In this document: positions 29,238 to 41,449 of the stretch, piece after piece
How the letters are laid out: the number at the start of each line of letters is the position of its first letter
Numbering within the stretch: position 1 is the first letter of the stretch
Assembly (NCBI RefSeq): GCF_041956535.1
Contig: NW_027192201.1
Location: forward strand, 826,266 to 890,265
DNA from: Calcarisporiella thermophila CBS 279.70
Lineage: Eukaryota > Fungi > Calcarisporiellomycota
DNA length: 64,000 nt
Direction of reading: 5' to 3'
Translations under genes and position numbers: made by a program
Notes under the pieces: model-generated
What the model saw: only the letters and a program-made list of their open reading frames with translations
Database searches by the model: none
Told to the model about the DNA's origin: nothing

Positions 29238-29327
29238 TGTTTTAGAATAATATAGCTACGCAATGGGCTATTGCATTACACGGTCGTGTTGGAAAGCGTA
29301 ACGCGTAACTCTTTATGTAAATAGAGG

Positions 29328-29383
29328 ATATATATATATATAAATATATAAATATAAAGGTAGAGATATAGATATATGTATAG

Positions 29384-29420
<37 letters not shown>
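29328..29420. repeat. Compound (TA)n/(TG)n microsatellite upstream of Gti1/Pac2
   Basis: Interrupted TA runs followed by (TG)10, seen directly. Confidence 0.9.
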
Positions 29421-29421
<1 letters not shown>

Positions 29422-30279
29422 TTGCGTGAGGGTAGGCCTTGAGGAAGAAATGAAATGAAGGAATCAGAAGAAAATGAAACAAAAGGCCGATGATCCGTTG
29501 GCGGAACTATATAACAGGGGGGAGTCACGGAAAAAAGGGGAAGGGTTGGGAGAGGAGGGGAGCTCTGGCAACAGGAAGCAGCGGTTTTTAGAGTTCGGAG
29601 ACCCCGAAAAGATGGCCGCAGTTGAGGGAGGACTGATCCACTCTACAGGATTACGCTACAAAGCAGCTTTTTCTCTCGCGCTGTTCGTTGTGTTCACGTG
29701 GATTTTTGCTTTAGAGTTCTTCTTCTTCTTCTTCTTCTCACATCCATTGAAGCGGCGACCATCCGCTTCGCCCCTACCAGCTTTCTCACGATCTTCTTTG
29801 CCTTCCTATTATATCGCGATTAGGCTCTGTCGGATCCATAGACTTCGATACTAACCTCACGAATGTCAAACGCGGAAGAAGGGGAGGAAGACCCTGCGTG
29901 GGCTCGCAACCAGCCCCAGGGCTGCGCTCTGGGAAAAAGCAGCACGAAGAGCAACCCCAATGGTTGGGAAGAAGATGGCCGTTCCATCGATAAGATGTAA
30001 TTAATATATTACTGCTTAGTCGTTTATTTTATTTTATAATATCCAAATCATATTTTCATTAATTTGGGAATTTGCCTTCTTGTATTCCCTATCCTTAGTT
30101 TAATCATGGGAAGAATTTTGGAACCAGTTTTTTGGATCCTAGGTTAGGTTATAACGGGTTAGGTTACTTTATACGCCGCCCCCTTTCCGTGGCTTAGCAT
30201 TCAACACAACATTTTTGTTTCTTTCATCCCTTGAAGAGCTCAAGTGTGGACCATTCCCCAGCTCCTTTAGATTCAGATC

Positions 30280-33066
30280 ATGACAAAACGCGCAAGATCC
30301 CGATCGAGATCGCCTTCATCTAAACGTAAGTGTAGCATCTCAGGCGAATCTCCTAAAGAGAATCACATACGCAATTCAGGACCCAAGCGACTTTTTAGCG
30401 CTAGCTCAGGCAAAAACCTGGCTTCAGCAATAGACTTTGATGATGAGCATAAAAGTGAGTCTACTTCTAATAAAATGGTGGAAGACGAGGATGAAGTTGA
30501 TCCTCTTGATGCTTTCATGGTGGGAGTAAACGCTGAAGTGGCCGAATTAAACAAACAGGATGCCCAGCGGTTAGAGCTTTTACATGGAAAAGGAAGGAGT
30601 GGGCGGGCAAATGGACGGGTAAACGAGGACGAGGAAAATGAGGAAGAGACTTCGGATCCAGAAGACATCTTAGCGTAAGTCTAGTGCTAATTCATGTTTG
30701 CTACGTTCATCCTAACCACTCTTTTTTGTTTTTTCTTTATATTCAGATTGGCATCAAAAAAGGTCAAGAAAAAAGATCTCGCTATTGTTGATCATTCACA
30801 AATCAAATACGAACCGTTTCGTAAGGATTTCTATATTGAACATCCTGAACTGCAAGAGATGACTCCAGATCAGGTCGACCTTTTGCGTATTGAACTAGAT
30901 GGAATTAAAATCCGTGGGGTTGACTGTCCAAAACCAATCAAAAAATGGACCCATGCTGGAATGCCCGCTGGATGGTAAATAGTCATTTCCTTTTTTTTCG
31001 CTGAAGCTCTCATATTCACGATTTCTAATGCTTGTTTTTTTTTTTCAGTCTTGAGGTGATCAGAAAACTTAACTTCGTAAAACCAACCCCTATCCAAGCT
31101 CAGGCAATTCCTGCTATCATGAACGGTCGTGATGTGATTGGCGTCGCAAAGACAGGCTCGGGGAAAACTATCGCGTTCTTATTACCCATGTTTCGTCATA
31201 TAATGGACCAGCGCTTTCTTGAACCAGGAGAGGGTCCGATCGCAGTTATCATGACGCCAACGCGCGAACTAGCTGTGCAAATTCATAAAGAGTGCAAGCT
31301 GTTCCTAAAGATCCTTGGTCTGAGGGTAAGCTAATCATGACGCATTCATGCAAAACTTTCGTGAACCCATACTAATACGATTTTCCCATATAATAGGCTG
31401 TCTGTGCTTATGGTGGCTCTCCTATTAAAGATCAAATTGCCGAACTCAAGCGTGGAGCGGAAATTGTAGTCTGTACCCCTGGGCGAATGATCGACCTCCT
31501 TTGCGCTAACTCTGGGCGTGTAACCAATTTACGTCGATGCACTTATCTAGTATTGGATGAGGCCGACCGCATGTTTGATATGGGTTTCGAACCGCAAGTG
31601 ATGCGAATTGTTAATAATGTACGCCCCGACCGACAAACCGTTTTATTCTCAGCTACTTTTCCAAGACAAATGGAGGCGCTTGCACGAAAGATTCTCCGCC
31701 GCCCACTTGAAATCACAGTAGGCGGCCGCAGCGTGGTATCGGACGACGTTCAACAGGTGGTGGAGGTGATCGAGGATGACAAAAAATTCTTGCGTTTATT
31801 GGAGATTTTGGGCGAGACTTATCATAAGCATCCTGATGAGTTGACCCTTATCTTTGTGGATCGTCAAGAGGCAGCAGATAACTTACTAGGAGATTTGATG
31901 CGGAGAGGATATTTTTGCATGTCCATACACGGAGGAAAGGTAAATAGTATTATTGCGTTTTTTAATACACTTTGATTAACTGGGGTTTTTTTTTTCTCCA
32001 TTAGGATCAAGCTGATCGTGATAGCACAATTCGTGACTTCAAGAATAGCATTTTCAACATTCTAATAGCTACTTCAGTTGCAGCGCGTGGCCTCGATGTC
32101 AAAAAGCTTGGCCTCGTGATAAACTATGAATGCCCCAATCATATGGAAGACTATGTGCATCGTTGCGGTCGCACTGGTCGTGCGGGTAACAAGGGTATAG
32201 CATACACATTTATCACTCCAGAGCAAGATCGCTATGCGATGGATATCTTGAAAGCGCTGCGAATGAGTAAACAGCCAATACCTGAGGAGCTACAGAATCT
32301 AGTCAATGGGTTCCAAGAGAAAATCAAGGCTGGGTCGGCACGGGCAGCAGGATCAGGCTTCGGTGGAAAAGGGCTGGAAAAACTGGAGAAAGAGCGTGAT
32401 ACTCTCAAGAAACTGCAGCGTAGGACTCATGGAGGCGACGTGTCCGACCAAGAGAGTGACGAGGAAACAGGCGAGCTCGAAGGAGATGAAGTGGTGCCAT
32501 TCGAAGCGAAACTAGTCAAGAAGACCGAGCCTGTTTTGCCTGCGGTGAAAGTAGATACTAAGGATCCTTCTGCTCGTCAGGCGCTCAAGGCTGCACAGGA
32601 GGCTGCGGCACGCATCAGTGCCCTTGTAGCCGATAAGAGCAAGCAAGGCCAAGCGAAAGATATCCTTTCTGAAATCAATTCCCGCTTCGCTGCGGGAGCC
32701 ACGCAGGCCGCTGGAAAATTGGGCGAGAAGGCCGAGGGCGAAGGAAAATCGTTCTGCTACGAGGTTGAAATCAACGACTACCCACAGAAGGCGCGCTGGC
32801 GTATTAACAATAAAGAAACAATATCCCAAATCACAGAGGACACAGGGGCGGCCATCACAACTCGTGGGACTTATTTCCCCCCTGGAAAGCAACCTGGACC
32901 GGGAGAGCGAAAGCTATATTTGGTTATTGAAGGTGATACTGAGATGATGGTGGAGCTAGCCAAGAATGAAGTTAGACGAATCTTGACCGAAGCGACCATT
33001 GCTGCGATGGAGCAGGAGGCACGGCAAGGTGCCGGATCCGCAGTTGGACGCTATTCTGTTGTGTAA
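30280..33066 (+). CDS. PRP5: Pre-mRNA-processing DEAD-box helicase PRP5/DDX46
   Basis: RS-rich N-terminus, DPLDAFM motif, [20 protein letters not shown] and C-terminal KH-like [11 protein letters not shown]. Confidence 0.95.
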
Positions 33067-33342
33067 AGTCGAAAAAAGAAAAATGCAGATTCTTCCTGTA
33101 ACCTATCTTTTCTACCTCTTCTTCTTCTAATCTTATTTGCTTTTTACCTTGGAAGTATATAAATAAATCCTCCATTTTTGTCGAGACATTCAATTTTAAT
33201 ATTGCGTGGAATCTAGTAGAAATGGTCTGATTAAATTCTAGGGACGGCTTTGCTGCGTCACTTTTTTCCCGATTTCTGCCGCTCGTTTTGTTTTCGACCG
33301 CTTTTAGAGCAAGGGGTTCGAGACCAAAAAAAACTGACTCTA

Positions 33343-35262
33343 ATGTTGAACGCTTTTAAGTTTGCCTCGCGCGTTCCGGTGAGAATTTTTTAGGGGAAAT
33401 AATTCTGTGGTGATAAATACCCTTACGAGAGTCTCTTTCTAGGTTGGACAACAGACGCGACTATTCAGTGTTTCTGCCTCTATCATGGTTAATATCCATT
33501 TCCCATATTTTTGCATCTCTGGCGTTCAATTAACCTTTGCTTCATCCATAGCAAAAATTCAGAGTTGAACGTGATACTTTCGGTGAGCTGCAAGTCCCTG
33601 CCGACAAGTACTGGGGCGCGCAGACTCAACGGTAAGCATGATGAATTGAATTGAGGATTTTCTGGGAGCGCAAATGCGGAGATAATCTGACATTTTTCTT
33701 ATTTAATTAAGATCTCTTCAAAACTTCAAGATTGGTGGGGAGCGTGAGCGTATGCCCGAGCCACTTATCAAAGCCTTTGGAGTGGTGAAAAAGGCCGCCG
33801 CAACTGCTAATATGACCTATGGACTTGACTCCAAAATTGGTCAGGCGATTATTCAAGCCGCTGACGAAGTTGCCTCGGGGAAGTTGATTGACCACTTCCC
33901 ACTGGTGGTCTGGCAGACTGGCTCTGGTACCCAGACAAACATGAATGCCAATGAAGTGATTGCAAATAGGGCCATTGAAATCCTGGGCGGTGAGCTTGGT
34001 AGCAAGAAACCAGTGCATCCGAATGACCATGTGAATATGAGCCAGTCTTCGAATGATACGTGCGTAAAACTTATCCCAAATCTTTTGATAATGAATACAA
34101 ATGTTCAATGACGTGTAATTGAATTCGCCATATATCTAGTTTCCCGACCGCGATGCACGTTGCCGCCGTGGTTGAAATTAATCACCACCTTATCCCGGCG
34201 ATCAGGCAACTGCGCGATGCTCTTCATAAAAAGGCTGAGGAGTTTTCCCACATCATCAAGATTGGTCGCACTCATTTGCAAGATGCCACCCCGCTGACTC
34301 TAGGGCATGAGTTTTCCGGATACGTACAGCAACTTACCTATAGTATCGAGCGCATTGAGAACACTCTGCCAAGATTGTCCAATCTGGCCCAGGGTGGCAC
34401 GGCTGTTGGCACGGTAGGGCGATACTATCCTGATGGAAATTAGGATGAATGGCTTTGAATGAATTTAATTTATCGTTATCTTGGAAATGTAGGGCATCAA
34501 TACCCGCATTGGATTTGCGGAAAAAGTTGCCGAGGAGATCTCAAAGATCACCGGGCTTAAGTTCCAAACCGCTCCCAACAAAGTAAGCATTTCTTTCCCA
34601 TAAATCCATACAGATCGAACTCGTGATATCCAGATGCACATCATTAATTTTAATTATACATCTAGTTCGAAGCGCTTGCTGCTCACGATGCCATCGTTGA
34701 GGCAAGCGGTGCTCTCAATACAGTTGCAGTTTCTTTGATGAAGATTGCTAATGATATCCGCCTGCTCGGATCCGGCCCCCGCTGTGGTCTCGGCGAACTC
34801 AGCCTTCCTGAAAACGAGCCAGGAAGTAGTATCATGCCTGGCAAAGTTAACCCCACCCAATGCGAGGCAATGACCATGGTTTGCGCACAAGTAATGGGTA
34901 ATCACACTGCGGTCAGCGTTGCTGGCTCGAACGGGCACTTTGAACTCAATGTGTTTAAGCCTGTCCTTATCAAGAACTTGTTGCAATCGGTTCGCCTGCT
35001 CGGTGATGCTTGCACCTCCTTCACCGAAAACTGCGTGGTAGGCATCAAAGCTAACGAAAAGAGAATCGAATCTCTCTTGCATGAATCCTTGATGCTTGTC
35101 ACCGCATTGAACCCTCACATCGGATATGATGCCGCGTCCGCCATTGCGAAGAAAGCTCACAAGGAGGGAACCACGCTTAAAGAAGCGGCCATTGCCTTGG
35201 GCGTGAAGGCTGAAAATTTCGACAAATGGGTGCAACCCAAGGACATGATCCAGCCCAAGTAA
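33343..35262 (+). CDS. FUM1: Class II fumarate hydratase with mitochondrial presequence
   Basis: [28 protein letters not shown] and [15 protein letters not shown]. 7 exons. Confidence 0.97.
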
Positions 35263-35556
35263 AATAAGCTTGATAGAGACCATGTAATTATTCAATAAAA
35301 CTCATTCAATAGCCACAAAACGTCATATTATTTGAGATAAATTGTTCACAAGGGCCAGCCAAACAACCAGGAATCCATCTGATATGTTATTTTCGTTTAT
35401 TGAGTAATCGCTCCTTATTTTTGGATGTATTGCAATTGAAATTTTCAACATTTGCGTTAGGCCCCCATGGTGGCAAAACAATATGTGGCTTAGTTATGCA
35501 TTTTATTCATAGCTTATTGTAAACTGGATTTATTACATAAACTGACTCGAGCGAAA

Positions 35557-37535
35557 ATGTCGGCATTCCTTGAAGAGGCAGAATATGACGCGATCGTATT
35601 GGGAACTGGGCTCGTGGAGTCCATAATTGCCGGGTAGAGATTAGATTAGGATAGGATGATGAAGTTTGTTTTAATTCATTTTGGTCTCTGAATCAAATTT
35701 AGTGCACTTGCTTATCAAGGAAAACGCGTGCTTCATCTGGATCAGAATGCACATTATGGAGGCAATTGGAGCTCTGTTACGATCGAAGAATTGATGCAGC
35801 TTATTACCATGCTAAAATCTGGACCAGAGCCCGCCGAATTGTCCTCCTCTCTAAATGTCGATTTTCAACGATCACAGTGCGATTATTTTTTAGATGTAGA
35901 GTGTGAAGGTGACTTGGAGGTGCTGAAAGATGAATCGCGAAAATACGCGTTAGATCTGTGCCCAAAACTCGTGCAATGTACGGGAGAAATGGTGGAGGCC
36001 CTGATTCGCTCTGGTGTTGGCAAGTACTTGGAGTTTAAAGCGCTCGAGAGTATATCTATACTTGATTCTGAGAAGAAAACTTTCTTCAAGGTAATAACTA
36101 AAATTGCTTCTGCGCATCTGTCGGCTGAGGTGACAAACGGGTGCCTTCAAATTTTTAGGTTCCATCTTCAAAAAACGATGTGTTCACCAACACCGACCTC
36201 AGTCTGGTCGACAAACGGAGACTCATGAAGTTTCTTAAGGCCGCCCTTGAGGAGTCACTCGAACTTGAAGGTTATGAAGACCAGCCTATGAACAAATTCA
36301 TCGAGAATAAATTTGCACTGCAAGAAACAATGAAAAATACCATCCTCTATGCCATAGCAAGGAGCAATAACAGAGATGAATGTGAGCTACACCTATATTC
36401 TTTAATTGTTCCCGTTTTGTTTTACGATCTTGATATTGATGTTATTCATTTAGTGAAAACTAGCGAAGGCATTAAAAGGACCACCCAGTACATGAAATCA
36501 GTGGGACGATTTGGCAATTGTGCTTATATATGCCCGCTCTATGGGGGCAGCAGTGAAATTGTGCAAGGCTTTTGTCGGTAATTGATGACACTTCCCTTAA
36601 TAAATACCTTTGATACCATAGCTCCATCATATATGATTGAATAGGTTATGTGCGGTGCATGGAGGAACTTATATCCTTAATCATCCGATACGCAAGCTGT
36701 TCATTGACCCCGATACAGAGGAGTATCGCGTTGGCGTTGTTGGAGATAATGAGCAAGTGCTCAAAGCAAAACACTTGATTACTTCAATGGATTTTCTACC
36801 CTCGGAGTGGAAATCAACACCTGGCAAAAAGTTAGAGTCGCTCTTTTATCTATTTGAGCAGCCATGTTCTAACTATTAAGAACCCTTAACCTTGATAGCG
36901 AATTTGTTTCGCGGGCCATTGTCATTACCGATAAATCATCTGATGAAACTGAGGTGTCCGAATTTGTTTTCCCACCCGGTACGGTAGATAATCAGCACAC
37001 TGTTGTTGCTCTACGTCTCGCGTCTGGTGTCCAAGTGTGCCCGAAAGATAAATGTATTACTTTCAAAATGAACCTGAGGCTGAGACGTGGATATTAACTC
37101 GTGTATACTAGGCTTATACTACTTCTTTGCGAAATCCTCCGGGGGAAAGGCTAAGGATGAGCTTCTGCCCGCGATAAATGCATTAATCAATCCCTCCTCG
37201 ACTACTGATGAATCTCCACAAGGTGTTTAAATAACAAACTTGGACTTTACTTCTCTATGGAGAGACTCACTTCTATTCATAAACTGCTCATTTAAATAGA
37301 CATACCTCGAATTCACTTCTCATTTTATTTCCGTCAATGCATTCGTAGTCCAGCTGCTTCTCTTCCACAAGATATTTTGGTCTGCCCTGATCCTGATCCG
37401 AGTCTCGATCTAGAACAAGCAACACAGCTAGCAAGGGATTTATTCTGTCATATTACTGGTATGACCGAGGAAGAATTTTTGCCCGCTATTCAGAAGGAAG
37501 AAGATGAGGAAGATGTTCCAACAGAGGAATTATAG
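35557..37535 (+). CDS. Rab escort protein (REP/MRS6/CHM, GDI superfamily)
   Basis: YDAIVLGTGLVESIIAG, VLHLDQNAHYGG, RSGVGKYLEF, PLYGGSSEIVQGFCRLCAVHGGTYIL, FLP near the end and an acidic tail. Confidence 0.88.
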
Positions 37536-38080
37536 TTGAATCGATGTAAATATAATTATATTTATCCAATTTATCTACAAATATTGTGCTACAATTCCTA
37601 TAAATTATTCCCCTCAAGTAAAATTTGATGTACGTTGAATTATATGTTAAACATGAAATGAAATGAGGAGTTTCTGTTAAAACTTATTACTGCATAATAG
37701 TGAAAGAATATCGCTGGAGATTCGATAGGGGATATTGCAAATTAATAGAACGAAATTTGTACCTATTCAATTATTTTCAGGATAATATATCCATAATTTA
37801 GAAGTAGTATGAGTTTATTTTCTTGGATAAACAGCACTATCTGCGTTTTCCGTAAAAATTATAGGCTGCTCCGAAATACAAGACAAATCTGTGGTGCTTT
37901 CACAGCTTCATAATTTGAATGGCCAAGGTGCATAATTAGATCGGCTACTGTAGGTCGATAGCTTATGTATTCGGTGTATCTTTTGCAAGCTTTTGCAATA
38001 AACCAGGCTTAGCGTATTTTTTTTATTAGACGTTGATTTAAACAAAAAATACTTCGAACAGAACAACGAGGGTAGCCTGT

Positions 38081-38347
38081 TTATTCGCAGCTACTTTTAC
38101 ACATAAGTGCGCATCCGGTTGGGCAAAAGGCGGGCCTACCACGACATCCTTTCACACATGTTTTGTAGCAACGATTGAAGCCTCCCGGGCAGGAATTAGA
38201 AGGGGCTGGAATATCGCGCTCAAAATACATTTTTTCATCACCAGCGATTTCTTGAACACTCAAATTCGTCTGCTTCAACTGGGATTGTTCTTGAGCGGAT
38301 ACAGCAAAAGTAAGAACCATTAGCGCGAGGATGGAGAGACTTTTCAT
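38081..38347 (-). CDS. Small secreted cysteine-rich prepropeptide (88 aa, 8 Cys)
   Basis: Signal peptide MKSLSILALMVLTFAVSA, pro-region ending in ER, and a cationic 44-aa C-terminus with CxxxC repeats. A TATAAAAG lies ~75 bp upstream. Confidence 0.85.
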   Translation of the reverse strand: MKSLSILALMVLTFAVSAQEQSQLKQTNLSVQEIAGDEKMYFERDIPAPSNSCPGGFNRCYKTCVKGCRGRPAFCPTGCALMCKSSCE

Positions 38348-39379
38348 ATTGGTCAGGATTCAAAAACAATTTATATTTGAAAAGAGATATCTAATAAACA
38401 ACCTTACAGATGGACTCTCTTTTATATTGTATAGCGAGTGCTCAATTTCTCGATATAATGGTACGACGATGGATTCTATTTGGATTTGATTTCAATATCA
38501 TTTCTAGAGTGGTGTTGAATATACGATCAGAGCATTAAGCCCACGACGGTTGCCGACCGATTTCTGTGCACGTTCCTTTGCTCCTTGGCCATGGCATACC
38601 GACTTTTAGTAAAACTCAGCGTAATGAAGCTAAATCAGACTTGCCTTTAGGTTAATAGATACTATCCAGCGAAACTGTAGTCGGCAACAACCGATATTTC
38701 CAGTTCCGATATGAATATGATCGACAATGGGGCATTGAGTTCCACGGTGATTCCTCCTAAGCATTCTTGATACTAACACGAGGAAACATTGATTTCTACG
38801 GAACTGCCTTATTGCTGTTTGGTTTTATATAATAACCTGCTTGAAATCTAAGAGCCAAACCGGTGCATGCACACCGAAAATTTCGTGTACAATAGTGTAG
38901 AACGAAAAACCAGGAAAAGTATTCACTCTCTGAGTTAATGTTGGTATTACAGGTTCGATTAAAATTTAAAGTATTGGTGGGATAATTTGGTTACTATGCT
39001 CCTGCGGTATTTGCTGCTGTTAATATGAGTATATATCAGGTGATTAGATAAGTAATTGGAGATTCAGTCTCTCTATAAGAGTGGATCTTTACTATACTAT
39101 ATATATGCTAAGTTTTCAGTACTACTTGCATTTATACTAATAATTTCCTTTATTATTAGTGGAAATTTGTCGGAGAAAAAGACTGACTAAACAAGATATG
39201 AAGCGCGAACTCTCATACTGATATTCGAGGGAGTGGTGAGCTAAATTTGAACGTATTAGATTGTTTGACTCTTATTGTAGAGGGAGGTAAAATGCAGAAC
39301 AACGAACAATATGCTTGTCCTGCTAAACAAAATAACCAGGCACATCGTATGTTATTCAATTTAAATTTGTGCATTTGTC

Positions 39380-40070
39380 CCGAAACGCTGATGGATTGCC
39401 GTTCGTTTTTTGATAGCATTAGTGCACTCTCCAATACGCTAAATCGGAGAGGAGCTCTATAGAGAAATTTCAAGCTTGGATTGCAATTGTCAACATATAG
39501 TTTATACGGAGGTTTAGCTAAAGAAATCAATAGATAGATATTCTATCAGTTGTATCAAATAACTCAATATGTTAATATTGCTTGGCAAATTTGATAAGGC
39601 TAAGAGTTATATCAAGATTATCATCAACTAAAATTATTATTAATATTGGATCTTTATGAAAGAGCGCCCAAATTCATTCAAAACAAAAAAAAAAAGCGAC
39701 TCAGCTAATGAAGGTGTATTGAACAATAAAATGGTTAAAGGGTTATGTAAGAGAATGTAAAGAAAGGATAGAGCGATATAACAATGAAAATATACTATCT
39801 TTTTTCTAATATCGGTGTTACTCTAAGAGGTGCTTTTGTCACGCTACCCTATCTGAATCATCTAATTAGACTAGATCCCACTACTTCCATGCTTTCATTG
39901 GTTCAACACCTATTGCCTTCTTTAAGTCGAATAAAGTGTGAATTGTAAAAGCCTCGAATGATCATGATCTTCTGAACATGCGAAATATCTATAGAATGAT
40001 GGTTTTAGATGCATTCATATTAGAAGAGCGTGATTATCAACAATGGCTAACTTGAATGCTCCCTGATAAA
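39380..40070 (+). pseudogene. Probable decayed fungal transcription-factor middle homology region
   Basis: Fragments in shifting frames with stops (ETLMDCRSFFDSISALSNTLNR, YVNIAWQI*, LDLYER, YQQWLT*MLPD) loosely follow the order of motifs in the intact TF at 50-52 kb. Confidence 0.3.
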
Positions 40071-41449
40071 CTAAACAAATTACCATAAAATAAAAGATAA
40101 AAACTAAAAAGTTATATTTTTTTGCTGATAAAAAGAGAATAAGATGGTGGAAGTGTGAAGAAAAATTCGTAGTTTCCTGACTTGATCAAAATAGAGCCTG
40201 AATCTCGGTAAATCGTAAGGTTAACATATAAACTCGTTATTACCGAATGATATAGTGCTTGATATTTATTTCTCTCCCCCTAGAATTCAAGGATTTCAGA
40301 TACGGCATCATACGAATATGAAAGCTCAAGGCAATAATAAAAGCTGCCAACTTTCCCAAAATGAAATAGAATCTTAGAAAACTAGCTCCAAGATTTGTAA
40401 GAATGAATTAAATATTATTAGAAATATATTCGAGTTAATTCTTTAAGCTCTCTGTGACAAGGGATATACGTCGATCCGGATTTTTCATAAAAAAGTGTGG
40501 TGATATACAAATAACAACCAAACACATTCTTATTCAAATCAGATTGTCCCCCCTTAATAATCAAAAGCTAAGCAATTTGGTATAATTACGAATACAAACT
40601 CCCATTCACAAACCACTTTCAACTGAACTATAATATGAACCTATACAGTGCAGCATGACCAAGCAAGAGTTATATCAGCCCTAATGTTTTTTTTTCCCAT
40701 ATTAAACAAAAAAAAAGATAGAGGTGTTATATTTCCCAGCTTACTTATCCACCGAGAACTTTAATTAGTACAACTTTGAACAGAACGCCAATTGTAGTCG
40801 TACCAGCTTTTCTATAGGCAAAAATATCTTGAAAGACAAACTAATTAAAAGATAAGGTGAGAAAACTTGCCAAGATGATAAGAATAGGGCTTAATTATGC
40901 AACATACAGTTGGGTAGCGTGGCGTCAATGAAGGCTATTGAGAAATAGAAGGAGTCCCAAAAAAACAAGATGCTGCAGGATCACTCTAACATAAATAGAA
41001 TTTTACTTGGAAGTTTTCCTATGTTTTCAGCCACTAGAAAGTTTTTTTTTGTGAACTTCGGAGCGGTCCACAAGAGTCTTTAAACTTGTTAACGGACTCT
41101 CAACCTTACCTGGATAAAATAACAAAGCCGATTCCTATGTTATTACCAAAGCTCTAAAGCTATGTGTACAGAATGTGAAAATATAGCGAATGTTCAACAA
41201 ATGTCCAGAAAAACAAGCTCAACTCGAGCAGTTAATAGTCCCAAAGGATTGTTGCTGTAGAGCATACATATTGCCTAATATGATTTTATTAAAAATTTCA
41301 CTTTTTTTAACCAATGCTCTGGATATACTTTCATAAAACGAGAATATGGGTCAATAGATCGAGTTCGTTTATTAAATGCATCCCAATTTACACTCGATTT
41401 ATTCCAACAAATGTAATAGTATAAATAAAAAAATGAATGTACCATGCTA

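Noticed and set aside
29276-29528. ORFs with HTHT/IYIY repeats
   Set aside because: Translations of the microsatellite.
30140-30166. TTAGG-like telomeric repeats
   Set aside because: Only three or four degenerate units; consistent with chance or a promoter motif.
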